Source: Eledone cirrhosa
Taxonomy: Eukaryota
Assembly (NCBI GenBank): GCA_964016885.1
Contig: CAXHJY010000096.1
Coordinates: 1,860,001 to 1,924,000, forward strand
DNA: 64,000 nt
Direction: 5' to 3'
Part shown: in pieces, positions 37,824-51,224 of the stretch
Layout of the letters: every line of letters begins with the position of its first letter
Numbering within the stretch: the first letter of the stretch is position 1
Position numbers and translations under genes: made by a program
Notes under the pieces: model-generated
The model's input: the letters and a program-made list of their open reading frames with translations, nothing else
What the model was told of the DNA's origin: nothing
Database searches by the model: none

Positions 37824-40800
37824 AAGGGGAGGTAATTTCCAGCCGTCCAAGGGGAGATAAATTAAAAAAAAAATCAGGCGGAGATAATTTGTAAAAAAAA
37901 TCAAGGGGAGATAATTTGCAGCCGTCCAATGGGAGATAATTTTCAGTCGTCCAAGGAGAGGTAATTTCTAGCCGTCCAAGGGGAGATAATTTCCAGCCGT
38001 CCAAGGGGAGATAATTTCCAGCCGTCCAAGGGGAGATAATTTTTTTTTAAAAATCAGGCGGAGATAATTTGTAAAAAAAATCAGGGGGAGATAATTTGTA
38101 AACAAAATCAGGGGGAGATAATTTGTAAAAAAAAATCAGGGGGAGATAATTTGTAAAAAAAATTAGGCGTAGATAATTTGTAAAAAAAAATCAGGGGGAG
38201 ATAATTTGTAAAAAAAAATCAGGGGGAGATAATTTGTTTAAAAAATCAAGGGGAGATAATTTGCAGCCGTCCAAGGGGAGATAATTTTCAGCCGTCCAAG
38301 GAGAGGTAATTTCTAGCCGTTCAAGGGGAGATAATTTCCAGCCGTCCAAGGGGAGATAATTTCCAGCCGTCCAAGGGGAGATAATTTTTTTTAAAAAATC
38401 AGGCGGAGATAATTTGTAAAAAAAAATCAGGGGGAGATAATTCGTAAAAAAAAATCAGGGGGAGATAATTTGTAAAAAAAAATCAGGGGGAGATAATTTG
38501 TAAAAAAAATCAAGGGGAGATAATTTCCAGCCGTCCAAGGGGAGGTAATATCTAGCCGTCCAAGGGGAGATAATTTCCAGCCGTCCAAGGGGAGATAATT
38601 TCCAGCCGTCCAAGGGGAGATAATTTCCAGCCGTCCAAGGAGACATATTTTCCAGCCGTCCAAGGCGAGGTAATTTCTAGCCGTCCAAGGGGAGATAAAT
38701 TCCAGCCTCCAAGGGGAGATAATTTCCAGCCAGCCAAGGGGAGATAATTTGTAAAAAAATCAGGGGGAGATAATTTGTAAAAAATATCAGGGAGATAATT
38801 TGTAAAAAAAAATCAGGGGGAGATAATTTGTAAAAAAAATCAGGGGGAGATAATTTGTAAAAAAAAATCAGGGGGAGATAATTTGTAAAAAAAATCAAGG
38901 GGAGATAATTTCCAGCCGTCCAAGGGGAGATAATTTTCAGCCGTCCAAGGAGAGGTAATTTCTAGCCGTCCGAGGAGAGATAATTTCCAGCCGTCCAAGG
39001 GGAGATAATTTCCAGCCGTCCAAGGGGAGATAATTTCCAGCCGTCCAAGGAGACATATTTTCCAGCCGTCCAAGGAGAGGTAATTTCTAGCCGTCCAAGG
39101 GGAGATAAATTCCAGCCTCCAAGGGGAGATAATTTCCAGCCAGCCAAGGGGAGATAATTTGTAAAAAAATCAGGGGGAGATAATTTGCAAAAAAAATCAG
39201 GGGGAGATAATTTGTAAAAAAATCAGGGGGAGATAATTTGTAAAAAATAATCAGGGGGAGATAATTTCCAGCCGTCGAAGGGGAGATAATTTAAAAAAAA
39301 ATCAGGCGGAGATAATTTGTAAAAAAAAATCAGGGGGAGATAATTTGTAAAAAAAAATCAGGGGGAGATAATTTGTAAAATAAATCAAGGGGAGATAATT
39401 TCCAGCCGTCCAAGGGGAGATAATTTTCAGCCGTCCAAGAGGAGATAATTTCCCGCCAGCCAAGGGAAGATAATATTTAAAAAAATCAGGCGGAGATAAT
39501 TTGTAAAAAAAATCAGGGGGAGATAATTTGTAAAAAAATCAGGGGGAGATAATTTGTAAAAAAAAATCAGGGGGCGATAATTTGTAAAAAAAATCAGGGG
39601 GAGATAATTTGTAAAAAAAAATCAGGGGGAGATAATTTGTAAAAAAAAATCAGGGGGAGATAATTTGTAAAAAAAATGAAAGGGGAGATAATATCCAGCC
39701 GTCCAAGGGGAGATAATTTCCAGCCGTCCAAGGGGAGATAATTTCCATCCTTCCAAGGGGATATAATTTCCAGCCGTCCAAGGGGAGATAATTTCCATCC
39801 TTCCAAGGGGATATAATTTCCAGCCGTCCAAGGGGAGATAATTTTCAGCCGTCCAAGGAGAGGTAATTTCTAGCCGTCCAAGGAGAGATAATTTCCAGCC
39901 GTCCAAGGGGAGATAATTTCCAGCCGTCCAAGGGGAGATAATTTCCAGCCGTCCAAGGAGACATATTTTCCAGCCGTCCAAGGAGAGGTAATTCCTAGCC
40001 GTCCAAGGGGAGATAAATTCCAGCCTCCAAGGGGAGATAATTTCCAGCCAGCCAAGGGGAGATCATTTGTAAAAAAAATCAGGGGGAGATAATTTGTAAA
40101 AAAAATCAGGGGGAGATAATTTGTAAAAAAAAATCAGAGGGAGATAATTTGTAAAAAATAATCAGGGGGAGATAATTTGTAAAAAAAATCAAGGGGAGAT
40201 AATTTCCAGCCGTCCAAGGGGAGATAATTTTCAGCCGTCCAAGGGGAGATAATTTTCAGCCGTCCAAGGAGAGGTAATTTCTAGCCGTCCAAGGAGAGAT
40301 AATTTCCAGCCGTCCAAGGGGAGATAATTTCCAGCCGTCCAAGGGGAGATAATTTCCAGCCGTCCAAGGAGACATATTTTCCAGCCGTCCAAGGAGAGGT
40401 AATTCCTAGCCGTCCAAGGGGAGATAAATTCCAGCCTCCAAGGGGAGATAATTTCCAGCCAGCCAAGGGGAGATCATTTGTAAAAAAAATCAGGGGGAGA
40501 TAATTTGTAAAAAAAATCAGGGGGAGATAATTTGTAAAAAAAATCAAGGGGAGATAATTTCCAGCCGTCCAAGGGGAGATAATTTTCAGCTGTCCAAGGA
40601 GAGGTAATTTCTAGCCGTCCAAGGGGAGATAATTTCCAGCCGTCCAAGGGGAGGTAATTTCCAGCCGTCCAAGGGGAGATAATTTTAAAAAAAAAATCAG
40701 GCGGAGATAATTTGTAAAAAAAATCAAGGGGAGATAATTTGCAGCCGTCCAAGGGGAGATAATTTTCAGTCGTCCAAGGAGAGGTAATTTCTAGCCGTCC

Positions 40801-43800
40801 AAGGGGAGATAATTGCCAGCCGTCCAAGGGGAGATAATTTCCAGCCGTCCAAGGGGAGATAATTTTTTTTAAAAAATCAGGCGGAGATAATTTGTAAAAA
40901 AAATCAGGGGGAGATAATTTGTAAACAAAATCAGGGGGAGATAATTTGTAAAAAAAAATCAGGGGGAGATAATTTGTAAAAAAAATCATGGAGAGATAAT
41001 TTCCAGCCGTCCAAGGTGAGATAATTTCCAGCCGTCCAAGGAGACATATTTTCCAGCCGTCCAAGGCGAGGTAATTTCTAGCCGTCCAAGGGGCGATAAA
41101 TTCCAGCCTCCAAGGGGAGATAATTTCCAGCCAGCCAAGTGGAGATAATTTGTAAAAAAATCAGGGGGAGATAATTTGTAAAAAATATCAGGAAGATAAT
41201 TTGTAAAAAAAAATCAGGGGGAGATAATTTGTAAAAAAAATCAGGGGGAGATAATTTGTAAAAAAAAATCAGGGGGAGATAATTTGTAAAAAAAATCAAG
41301 GGGAGATAATTTCCAGCCGTCCAAGGGGAGATAATTTTCAGCCGTCCAAGGGGAGATAATTTCCCGCCAGCCATGGGAAGATAATATTTAAAAAAATCAG
41401 GCGGAGATAATTTGTAAAAAAAATCAGGGGGAGATAATTTGTAAAAAAATCAGGGGGAGATAATTTGTAAAAAAAAAATCAGGGGGAGATAATTTGTAAA
41501 AAAAATCAGGGGGAGATAATTTGTAAAAAAAAATCAGGGGTAGATAATTTGTAAAAAAAAATCAGGGGGAGATAATTTGTAAAAAAAAATCAGGGGGAGA
41601 TAATTTGTAAAAAAATGAAAGGGGAGATAATATCCAGCCGTCCAAGGGGAGATAATTTCCAGCCGTCCAAGGGGATATAATTTCCAGCCGTCCAAGGGGA
41701 GATAATTTCCATCCTTCCAAGGGGATATAATTTCCAGCCGTCCAAGGGGAGATAATTTCCCGCCAGCCAAGGGAAGATAATTTTTAAAAAAATCAGGCGG
41801 AGATTGTAAAAAAAATCAGGGGGGAGATAATTTGTAAAAAAATCAGGAGGAGATAATTTGTAAAAAATAATCAGGGGGAGATAATTTGTAAAAAAATTCA
41901 AGGGGAGATAATTTCCAGCCGTCCAAGGGGAGATAATTTCCCGCCAGCCAAGGGAAGATAATATTTAAAAAAATTAGGCGGAGATAATTTGTAAAAAAAA
42001 TCAGGGGGAGATAATTTGTAATAAAATCAGGGGGAGATAATTTGTAAAAAAAATCAGGGGGAGATAATTTGTAAAAAAAATCATGGGGAGATAATTTGTA
42101 AAAAAAAATCAGGGGTAGATAATTTGTAAAAAAAAATCAGGGGGAGATAATTTGTAAAAAAAAATCAGGGGGAGATAATTTGTAAAAAAAATCAAGGGGA
42201 GATAATATCCAGCCGTCCAAGGAGAGATAATTTTAAAAAAAAATGAGGCGGAGATAATTTGTAAAAAAAAAATCAGGGGGAGTTAATTTGTAAAAAAAAA
42301 TGAGGGGGAGATAATTTGTAAAAAAAATCAAGGGGAGATAATTTCCAGCCGTCCAAGGGGAGATAATTTTCAGCCGTCCAAGGAGAGGTAATTTCTAGCC
42401 GTCCAAGGGGAGATAATTTCCAGCCGTCCAAGGGGAGGTAATTTCCAGCCGTCCAAGGGGAGATAAATTAAAAAAAAAATCAGGCGGAGATAATTTGTAA
42501 AAAAAATCAAGGGGAGATAATTTGCAGCCGTCCAATGGGAGATAATTTTCAGTCGTCCAAGGAGAGGTAATTTCTAGCCGTCCAAGGGGAGATAATTTCC
42601 AGCCGTCCAAGGGGAGATAATTTCCAGCCGTCCAAGGGGAGATAATTTTTTTTTAAAAATCAGGCGGAGATAATTTGTAAAAAAAATCAGGGGGAGATAA
42701 TTTGTAAACAAAATCAGGGGGAGATAATTTGTAAAAAAAAATCAGGGGGAGATAATTTGTAAAAAAAATTAGGCGTAGATAATTTGTAAAAAAAAATCAG
42801 GGGGAGATAATTTGTAAAAAAAAATCAGGGGGAGATAATTTGTTTAAAAAATCAAGGGGAGATAATTTGCAGCCGTCCAAGGGGAGATAATTTTCAGCCG
42901 TCCAAGGAGAGGTAATTTCTAGCCGTTCAAGGGGAGATAATTTCCAGCCGTCCAAGGGGAGATAATTTCCAGCCGTCCAAGGGGAGATAATTTTTTTAAA
43001 AAAATCAGGCGGAGATAATTTGTAAAAAAAAATCAGGGGGAGATAATTCGTAAAAAAAAATCAGGGGGAGATAATTTGTAAAAAAAAATCAGGGGGAGAT
43101 AATTTGTAAAAAAAATCAAGGGGAGATAATTTCCAGCCGTCCAAGGGGAGGTAATATCTAGCCGTCCAAGTGGAGATAATTTCCAGCCGTCCAAGGGGAG
43201 ATAATTTCCAGCCGTCCAAGGGGAGATAATTTCCAGCCGTCCAAGGAGACATATTTTCCAGCCGTCCAAGGCGAGGTAATTTCTAGCCGTCCAAGGGGAG
43301 ATAAATTCCAGCCTCCAAGGGGAGATAATTTCCAGCCAGCCAAGGGGAGATAATTTGTAAAAAAATCAGGGGGAGATAATTTGTAAAAAATATCAGGGAG
43401 ATAATTTGTAAAAAAAAATCAGGGGGAGATAATTTGTAAAAAAAATCAGGGGGAGATAATTTGTAAAAAAAAATCAGGGGGAGATAATTTGTAAAAAAAA
43501 TCAAGGGGAGATAATTTCCAGCCGTCCAAGGGGAGATAATTTTCAGCCGTCCAAGGAGAGGTAATTTCTAGCCGTCCGAGGAGAGATAATTTCCAGCCGT
43601 CCAAGGGGAGATAATTTCCAGCCGTCCAAGGGGAGATAATTTCCAGCCGTCCAAGGAGACATATTTTCCAGCCGTCCAAGGAGAGGTAATTTCTAGCCGT
43701 CCAAGGGGAGATAAATTCCAGCCTCCAAGGGGAGTTAATTTCCAGCCAGCCAAGGGGAGATAATTTGTAAAAAAATCAGGGGGAGATAATTTGCAAAAAA

Positions 43801-46800
43801 AATCAGGGGGAGATAATTTGTAAAAAAATCAGGGGGAGATAATTTGTAAAAAATAATCAGGGGGAGATAATTTCCAGCCGTCGAAGGGGAGATAATTTAA
43901 AAAAAAATCAGGCGGAGATAATTTGTAAAAAAAAATCAGGGGGAGATAATTTGTAAAAAAAAATCAGGGGGAGATAATTTGTAAAATAAATCAAGGGGAG
44001 ATAATTTCCAGCCGTCCAAGGGGAGATAATTTTCAGCCGTCCAAGGGGAGATAATTTCCCGCCAGCCAAGGGAAGATAATATTTAAAAAAATCAGGCGGA
44101 GATAATTTGTAAAAAAAATCAGGGGGAGATAATTTGTAAAAAAATCAGGGGGAGATAATTTGTAAAAAAAAATCAGGGGGCGATAATTTGTAAAAAAAAT
44201 CAGGGGGAGATAATTTGTAAAAAAAAATCAGGGGGAGATAATTTGTAAAAAAAAATCAGGGGGAGATAATTTGTAAAAAAAATGAAAGGGGAGATAATAT
44301 CCAGCCGTCCAAGGGGAGATAATTTCCAGCCGTCCAAGGGGAGATAATTTCCAGCCGTCCAAGGGGAGATAATTTCCATCCTTCCAAGGGGATATAATTT
44401 CCAGCCGTCCAAGGGGAGATAATTTCCATCCTTCCAAGGGGATATAATTTCCAGCCGTCCAAGGGGAGATAATTTTCAGCCGTCCAAGGAGAGGTAATTT
44501 CTAGCCGTCCAAGGAGAGATAATTTCCAGCCGTCCAAGGGGAGATAATTTCCAGCCGTCCAAGGGGAGATAATTTCCAGCCGTCCAAGGAGACATATTTT
44601 CCAGCCGTCCAAGGAGAGGTAATTCCTAGCCGTCCAAGGGGAGATAAATTCCAGCCTCCAAGGGGAGATAATTTCCAGCCAGCCAAGGGGAGATCATTTG
44701 TAAAAAAAATCAGGGGGAGATAATTTGTAAAAAAAATCAGGGGGAGATAATTTGTAAAAAAAAATCAGAGGGAGATAATTTGTAAAAAATAATCAGGGGG
44801 AGATAATTTGTAAAAAAAATCAAGGGGAGATAATTTCCAGCCGTCCAAGGGGAGATAATTTTCAGCCGTCCAAGGGGAGATAATTTTCAGCCGTCCAAGG
44901 AGAGGTAATTTCTAGCCGTCCAAGGAGAGATAATTTCCAGCCGTCCAAGGGGAGATAATTTCCAGCCGTCCAAGGGGAGATAATTTCCAGCCGTCCAAGG
45001 AGACATATTTTCCAGCCGTCCAAGGAGAGGTAATTCCTAGCCGTCCAAGGGGAGATAAATTCCAGCCTCCAAGGGGAGATAATTTCCAGCCAGCCAAGGG
45101 GAGATCATTTGTAAAAAAAATCAGGGGGAGATAATTTGTAAAAAAAATCAGGGGGAGATAATTTGTAAAAAAAAATCAGAGGGAGATAATTTGTAAAAAA
45201 TAATCAGGGGGAGATAATTTGTAAAAAAAATCAAGGGGAGATAATTTCCAGCCGTCCAAGGGGAGATAATTTTCAGCCGTCCAAGGGGAGATAATTTCCC
45301 GCCAGCCAAGGGAAGATAATATTTAAAAAAATTAGGCGGAGATAATTTGTAAAAAAAATCAGGGGGAGATAATTTGTAAAAAAATCAGGGGGAGATAATT
45401 TGTAAAAAAAATCAGGGGGAGATAATTTGTAAAAAAAAATCAGGGGTAGATAATTTGTAAAAAAAAATCAGGGGGAGATAATTTGTAAAAAAAATCAGGG
45501 GGAGATAATTTGTAAAAAAAATCAGGGGGAGATAATTTGTAAAAAAAAATCAGGGGTAGATAATTTGTAAAAAAAAATCAGGGGGAGATAATTTGTAAAA
45601 AAAATCAAGGGGAGATAATTTCCAGCCATCCAAGGGAAGATAATTTCCAGCCCTCCAAGGGGCTATAATTTCCAGCGTCCAAGGGGAGATAATTTCCAGC
45701 CAGCGAAGGGGAGATAATTTTTTTTTCAAAATCATTGGGAGATTTGTAAAAAAAATCAGGGGGAGATAATTTGTAAAAAAAATCAAGGGGAGATAATTTC
45801 CAGCCGTCCAAGGGGAGGTAATATCTAGCCGTCCAAGGGGAGATAATTTCCAGCCGTCCAAGGGTAGATAATATCCAGCCGTCCAAGGACATATTTTCCA
45901 GCCGTCCAAGGAGAGGTAATTTCTAGCCGTCCAAGGGGAGATAAATTCCAGCCTCCAAGGGGAGATAATTTCCAGCCAGCCAAGGGGAGATAATTTGTAA
46001 AATAATCAGGGGGAGATAATTTGTAAAAAAAATCAGGGGGAGATAATTTGTAAAAAAAAATCAGGGGGAGATAATTTGTAAAAAAAAATCAGGGGGAGAT
46101 AATTTGTAAAAAAAATCAGGGGGAGATAATTTGTAAAAAAAATCAAGGGGAGATCATTTCCAGCCGTCCAAGGGAGATAATTTTCAGCCGTCCAAGGGGA
46201 GATAATTTCCCGCCAGCCAAGGGAAGATAATATTTAAAAAAATCAGGCGGAGATAATTTGTAAAAAAAATCAGGGGGAGATAATTTGTAAAAAAATCAGG
46301 GGGAGATAATTTGTAAAAGAAAAATCAGGGGGAGATAATTTGTAAAAAAAATCAGGGGGAGATAATTTGTAAAAAAAAATCAGGGGTAGATAATTTGTAA
46401 AAAAAAATCAGGGGGAGATAATTTGTAAAAAAAATCAGAGGGAGATAATTTGTAAAAAAAATGAAAGGGGAGATAATATCCAGCCGTCCAAGGGGAGATA
46501 ATTTCCAGCCGTCCAAGGGGAGATAATTTCCAGCCGTCCAAGGGGAGATAATTTCCATCCTTCCAAGGGGATATAATTTCCAGCCGTCCAAGGGGAGATA
46601 ATTTCCCGCCAGCCAAGGTAAGATAATTTTTAAAAAAATCAGGCGGAGATTGTAAAAAAAATCAGAGGGGAGATAATTTGTAAAAAAATCAGGGGGAGAT
46701 AATTTGTAAAAAAAAATCAGGGGGAGATAATTTGTAAAAAATAATCAGGGGGAGATAATTTGTAAAAAAAAATCAAGGGGAGATAATTTCCAGCCGTCCA

Positions 46801-49800
46801 AGGGGAGATAATTTCCCGCCAGCCAAGGGAAGATAATATTTAAAAAAATTAGGCGGAGATAATTTGTAAAAAAAATCAGGGGGAGATAATTTGTAAAAAA
46901 ATCAGGGGGAGATAATTTGTAAAAAAAATCAGGGGGAGATAATTTGTAAAAAAAATCATGGGGAGATAATTTGTAAAAAAAAATCAGGGGTAGATAATTT
47001 GTAAAAAAAAATCAGGGGGAGATAATTTGTAAAAAAAAATCAGGGGGAGATAATTTGTAAAAAAAATCAAGGGGAGATAATTTCCAGCCGTCCAAGGGGA
47101 GATAATTTTCAGCCGTCCAAGAAGAGGTAATTTCTAGCCGTCCAAGGGGAGATAATTTCCAGCCGTCCAAGGGGAGGTAATTTCCAGCCGTCCAAGGGGA
47201 GATAATTTTTAAAAAAAAATCAGGCGGAGATAATTTGTAAAAAAAATCAGGGGGAGATAATTTGTAAAAAAAATCAGGGGGAGATAATTTGTAAAAAAAA
47301 ATCAGGGGGAGATAATTTGTAAAAAAAATCAAGGAGAGATAATTTCCAGCCGTCCAAGGGAAGATAATTTCCAGCCGTCCAAGGAGACATATTTTCCAGC
47401 CGTCCAAGGCGAGGTAATTTCTAGCCGTCCAAGGGGAGATAAATTCCAGCCTCCAAGGGGAGATAATTTCCAGCCAGCCAAGGGGAGATAATTTGTAAAA
47501 AAATCAGGGGGAGATAATTTGTAAAAAATATCAGGGAGATAATTTGTAAAAAAAAAATCAGGGGGAGATAATTTGTAAAAAAAATCAGGGGGAGATAATT
47601 TGTAAAAAAAAATCAGGGGGAGATAATTTGTAAAGAAAATCAAGGGGAGATAATTTCCAGCCGTCCAAGGGGAGATAATTTTCAGCCGTCCAAGGAGAGG
47701 TAATTTCTAGCCGTCCGAGGAGAGATAATTTCCAGCCGTCCAAGGGGAGATAATTTCCAGCCGTCCAAGGGGAGATAATTTCCAGCCGTCCAAGGAGACA
47801 TATTTTCCAGCCGTCCAAGGAGAGGTAATTTCTAGCCGTCCAAGGGGAGATAAATTCCAGCCTCCAAGGGGAGATAATTTCCAGCCAGCCAAGGGGAAAT
47901 AATTTGTAAAAAAATCAGGGGGAGATAATTTGCAAAAAAAATCAGGGGGAGATAATTTGTAAAAAAAATCAGGGGGAGATAATTTGTAAAAAATAATCAG
48001 GGGGAGATAATTTCCAGCCGTCCAAGGGGAGATAATTTAAAAAAAAATCAGGCGGAGATAATTTGTAAAAAAAAATCAGGGGGAGATAATTTGTAAAAAA
48101 AAATCAGGGGGAGATAATTTGTAAAAAAAATCAAGGGGAGATAATTTCCAGCCGTCCAAGGGGAGATAATTTTCAGCCGTCCAAGGGGAGATAATTTCCC
48201 GCCAGCCAAGGGAAGATAATATTTAAAAAAATCAGGGGGAGATAATTTGTAAAAAAAATCAGGGGGAGATAATTTGTAAAAAAAAATCAGGGGGAGATAA
48301 TTTGTAAAAAAAAATCAGGGTGAGATAATTTGCAAAAAAAATCAGGGGGAGATAATTTGTAAAAAAAAATCAGGGGTAGATAATTTGTAAAAAAAAATCA
48401 GGGGGAGATAATTTGTAAAAAAAAATCAGGGGGAGATAATTTGTAAAAAAAATCAAGGGGAGATAATTTCCAGCCGTCCAAGGAGAGATAATTTAAAAAA
48501 AAATCAGGCGGAGATAATTTGTAAAAAAAAATCAGGGGGAGATAATTTGTAAAAAAAATCAGGGGGAGATAATTTGTAAAAAAAAATCAGGGGTAGATAA
48601 TTTGTAAAAAAAAATCAGGGGGAGATAATTTGTAAAAAAAAATCAGGAGGAGATAATTTGTAAAAAAAATCAAGGGGAGATAATTTCCAGCCGTCCAAGG
48701 AGAGATAATTTTAAAAAAAATCAGGCGGAGATAATTTGTAAAAAAAAATCAGGGGGAGATAATTTGTAAAAAAAAATCAGGGGGAGATAATTTGTAAAAA
48801 AAATCAAGGGGAGATAATTTCCAGCCGTCCAAGGGGAGATAATTTTCAGCCGTCCAAGGGGAGATAATTTCCCGCCAGCCAAGGGAAGATAATATTCAAA
48901 AAAATCAGGCGGAGATAATTTGTAAAAAAAATCAGGGGGAGATAATTTGTAAAAAAATCAGGGGGAGATAATTTGTAAAAAAAAAAATCAGGGGGAGATA
49001 ATTTGTAAAAAAAATCAGGGGGAGATAATTTGTAAAAAAAAATCAGGGGTAGATAATTTGTAAAAAAAAATCAGGGGGAGATAATTTGTAAAAAAAAATC
49101 AGGGGGAGATAATTTGTAAAAAAAATGAAAGGGGAGATAATATCCAGCCGTCCAAGGGGAGATAATTTCCAGCCGTCCAAGGGGAGATAATTTCCAGCCG
49201 TCCAAGGGGAGATAATTTCCATCCTTCCAAGGGGATATAATTTCCAGCCGTCCAAGGGGAGATAATTTCCATCCTTCCAAGGGGATATAATTTCCAGCCG
49301 TCCAAGGGGAGATAATTTTCAGCCGTCCAAGGAGAGGTAATTTCTAGCCGTCCAAGGAGAGATAATTTCCAGCCGTCCAAGGGGAGATAATTTCCAGCCG
49401 TCCAAGGGGAGATAATTTCCAGCCGTCCAAGGAGACATATTTTCCAGCCGTCCAAGGAGAGGTAATTCCTAGCCGTCCAAGGGGAGATAAATTCCAGCCT
49501 CCAAGGGGAGATAATTTGTAAAAAAAATCAGGGGGAGATAATTTGTAAAAAAAATCAGGGGGAGATAATTTGTAAAAAAAATCAGGGGGAGATAATTTGT
49601 AAAAAAAAATCAGGGGTAGATAATTTGTAAAAAATAATCAGGGGGAGATAATTTGTAAAAAAAATCAAGGGGAGATAATTTCCAGCCGTCCAAGGGGAGA
49701 TAATTTTCAGCCGTCCAAGGGGAGATAATTTCCCGCCAGCCAAGGGAAGATAATATTTAAAAAAATTAGGCGGAGATAATTTGTAAAAAAAATCAGGGGG

Positions 49801-51224
49801 AGATAATTTGTAAAAAAATCAGGGGGAGATAATTTGTAAAAAAAATCAGGGGGAGATAATTTGTAAAAAAAATCAGGGGGAGATAATTTGTAAAAAAAAA
49901 TCAGGGGGAGATAATTTGTAAAAAAAAATCAAGGGGAGATAATTTCCAGCCGTCCAAGGGAAGATAATTTCCAGCCCTCCAAGGGGCTATAATTTCCAGC
50001 GTCCAAGGGGAGATAATTTCCAGCCAGCGAAGGGGAGATAATTTTTTTAAAAAAATCATTGGGAGATTTGTAAAAAAAATCAGGGGGAGATAATTTGTAA
50101 AAAAAATCAAGGGGAGATAATTTCCAGCCGTCCAAGGGGAGGTAATATCTAGCCGTCCAAGGGGAGATAATTTCCAGCCGTCCAAGGGGAGATAATTTCC
50201 AGCCGTCCAAGGGTAGATAATATCCAGCCGTCCAAGGACATATTTTCCAGCCGTCCAAGGAGAGGTAATTTCTAGCCGTCCAAGGGGAGATAAATTCCAG
50301 CCTCCAAGGTGAGATAATTTCCAGCCAGCCAAGGGGAGATAATTTGTAAAAAAATCAGGGGGAGATAATTTGTAAAAAAAATCAGGGGGAGATAATTTGT
50401 AAAAAAAAATCAGGGGGAGATAATTTGTAAAAAAAAATCAGGGGGAGATAATTTGTAAAAAAAAATCAGGGGGAGATAATTTGTAAAAAAATCAAGGGGA
50501 GATAATTTCCAGCCGTCCAAGGGGAGATAATTTTCAGCCGTCCAAGGGGAGATAATTTCCCGCCAGCCAAGGGAAGATAATATTTGAAAAAATCAGGCGG
50601 AGATAATTTGTAAAAAAAATCAGGGGGAGATAATTTGTAAAAAAATCAGGGGGAGATAATTTGTAAAAAAAAAATCATGGGGAGATAATTTGTAAAAAAA
50701 ATCAGGGGGAGATAATTTGTAAAAAAAAATCAGGGGTAGATAAATTGTAAAAAAAAATCAGGGGGAGATAATTTGTAAAAAAAATCAGGGGGAGATAATT
50801 TGTAAAAAAAATGAAAGGGGAGATAATATCCAGCCGTCCAAGGGGAGATAATTTCCAGCCGTCCAAGGGGAGATAATTTCCAGCCGTCCAAGGGGAGATA
50901 ATTTCCATCCTTCCAAGGGGATATAATTTCCAGCCGTCCAAGGGGAGATAATTTCCCGCCAGCCAAGGGAAGATAATTTTTAAAAAAATCAGGCGGAGAT
51001 TGTAAAAAAAATCAGGGGGGAGATAATTTGTAAAAAAATCAGGGGGAGATAATTTGTAAAAAAAAATCAGGGGGAGATAATTTGTAAAAAATAATCAGGG
51101 GGAGATAATTTGTAAAAAAAAATCAAGGGGAGATAATTTCCAGCCGTCCAAGGGGAGGTAATATCTAGCCGTCCAAGGGGAGATAATTTCCAGCCGTCCA
51201 ACGGGAGATAATTTCCAGCCGTTC
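37824..51224 (+). repeat. 13.4-kb higher-order repeat, copy 2 (~13,401 bp; lacks one B monomer near 39700)
   Basis: The same junction sequence (CCAACGGGAG...CCGTTCAAGGGGAGG) is at ~37800 and ~51200. ORFs 37822/51223 are offset by 13401. Confidence 0.92.
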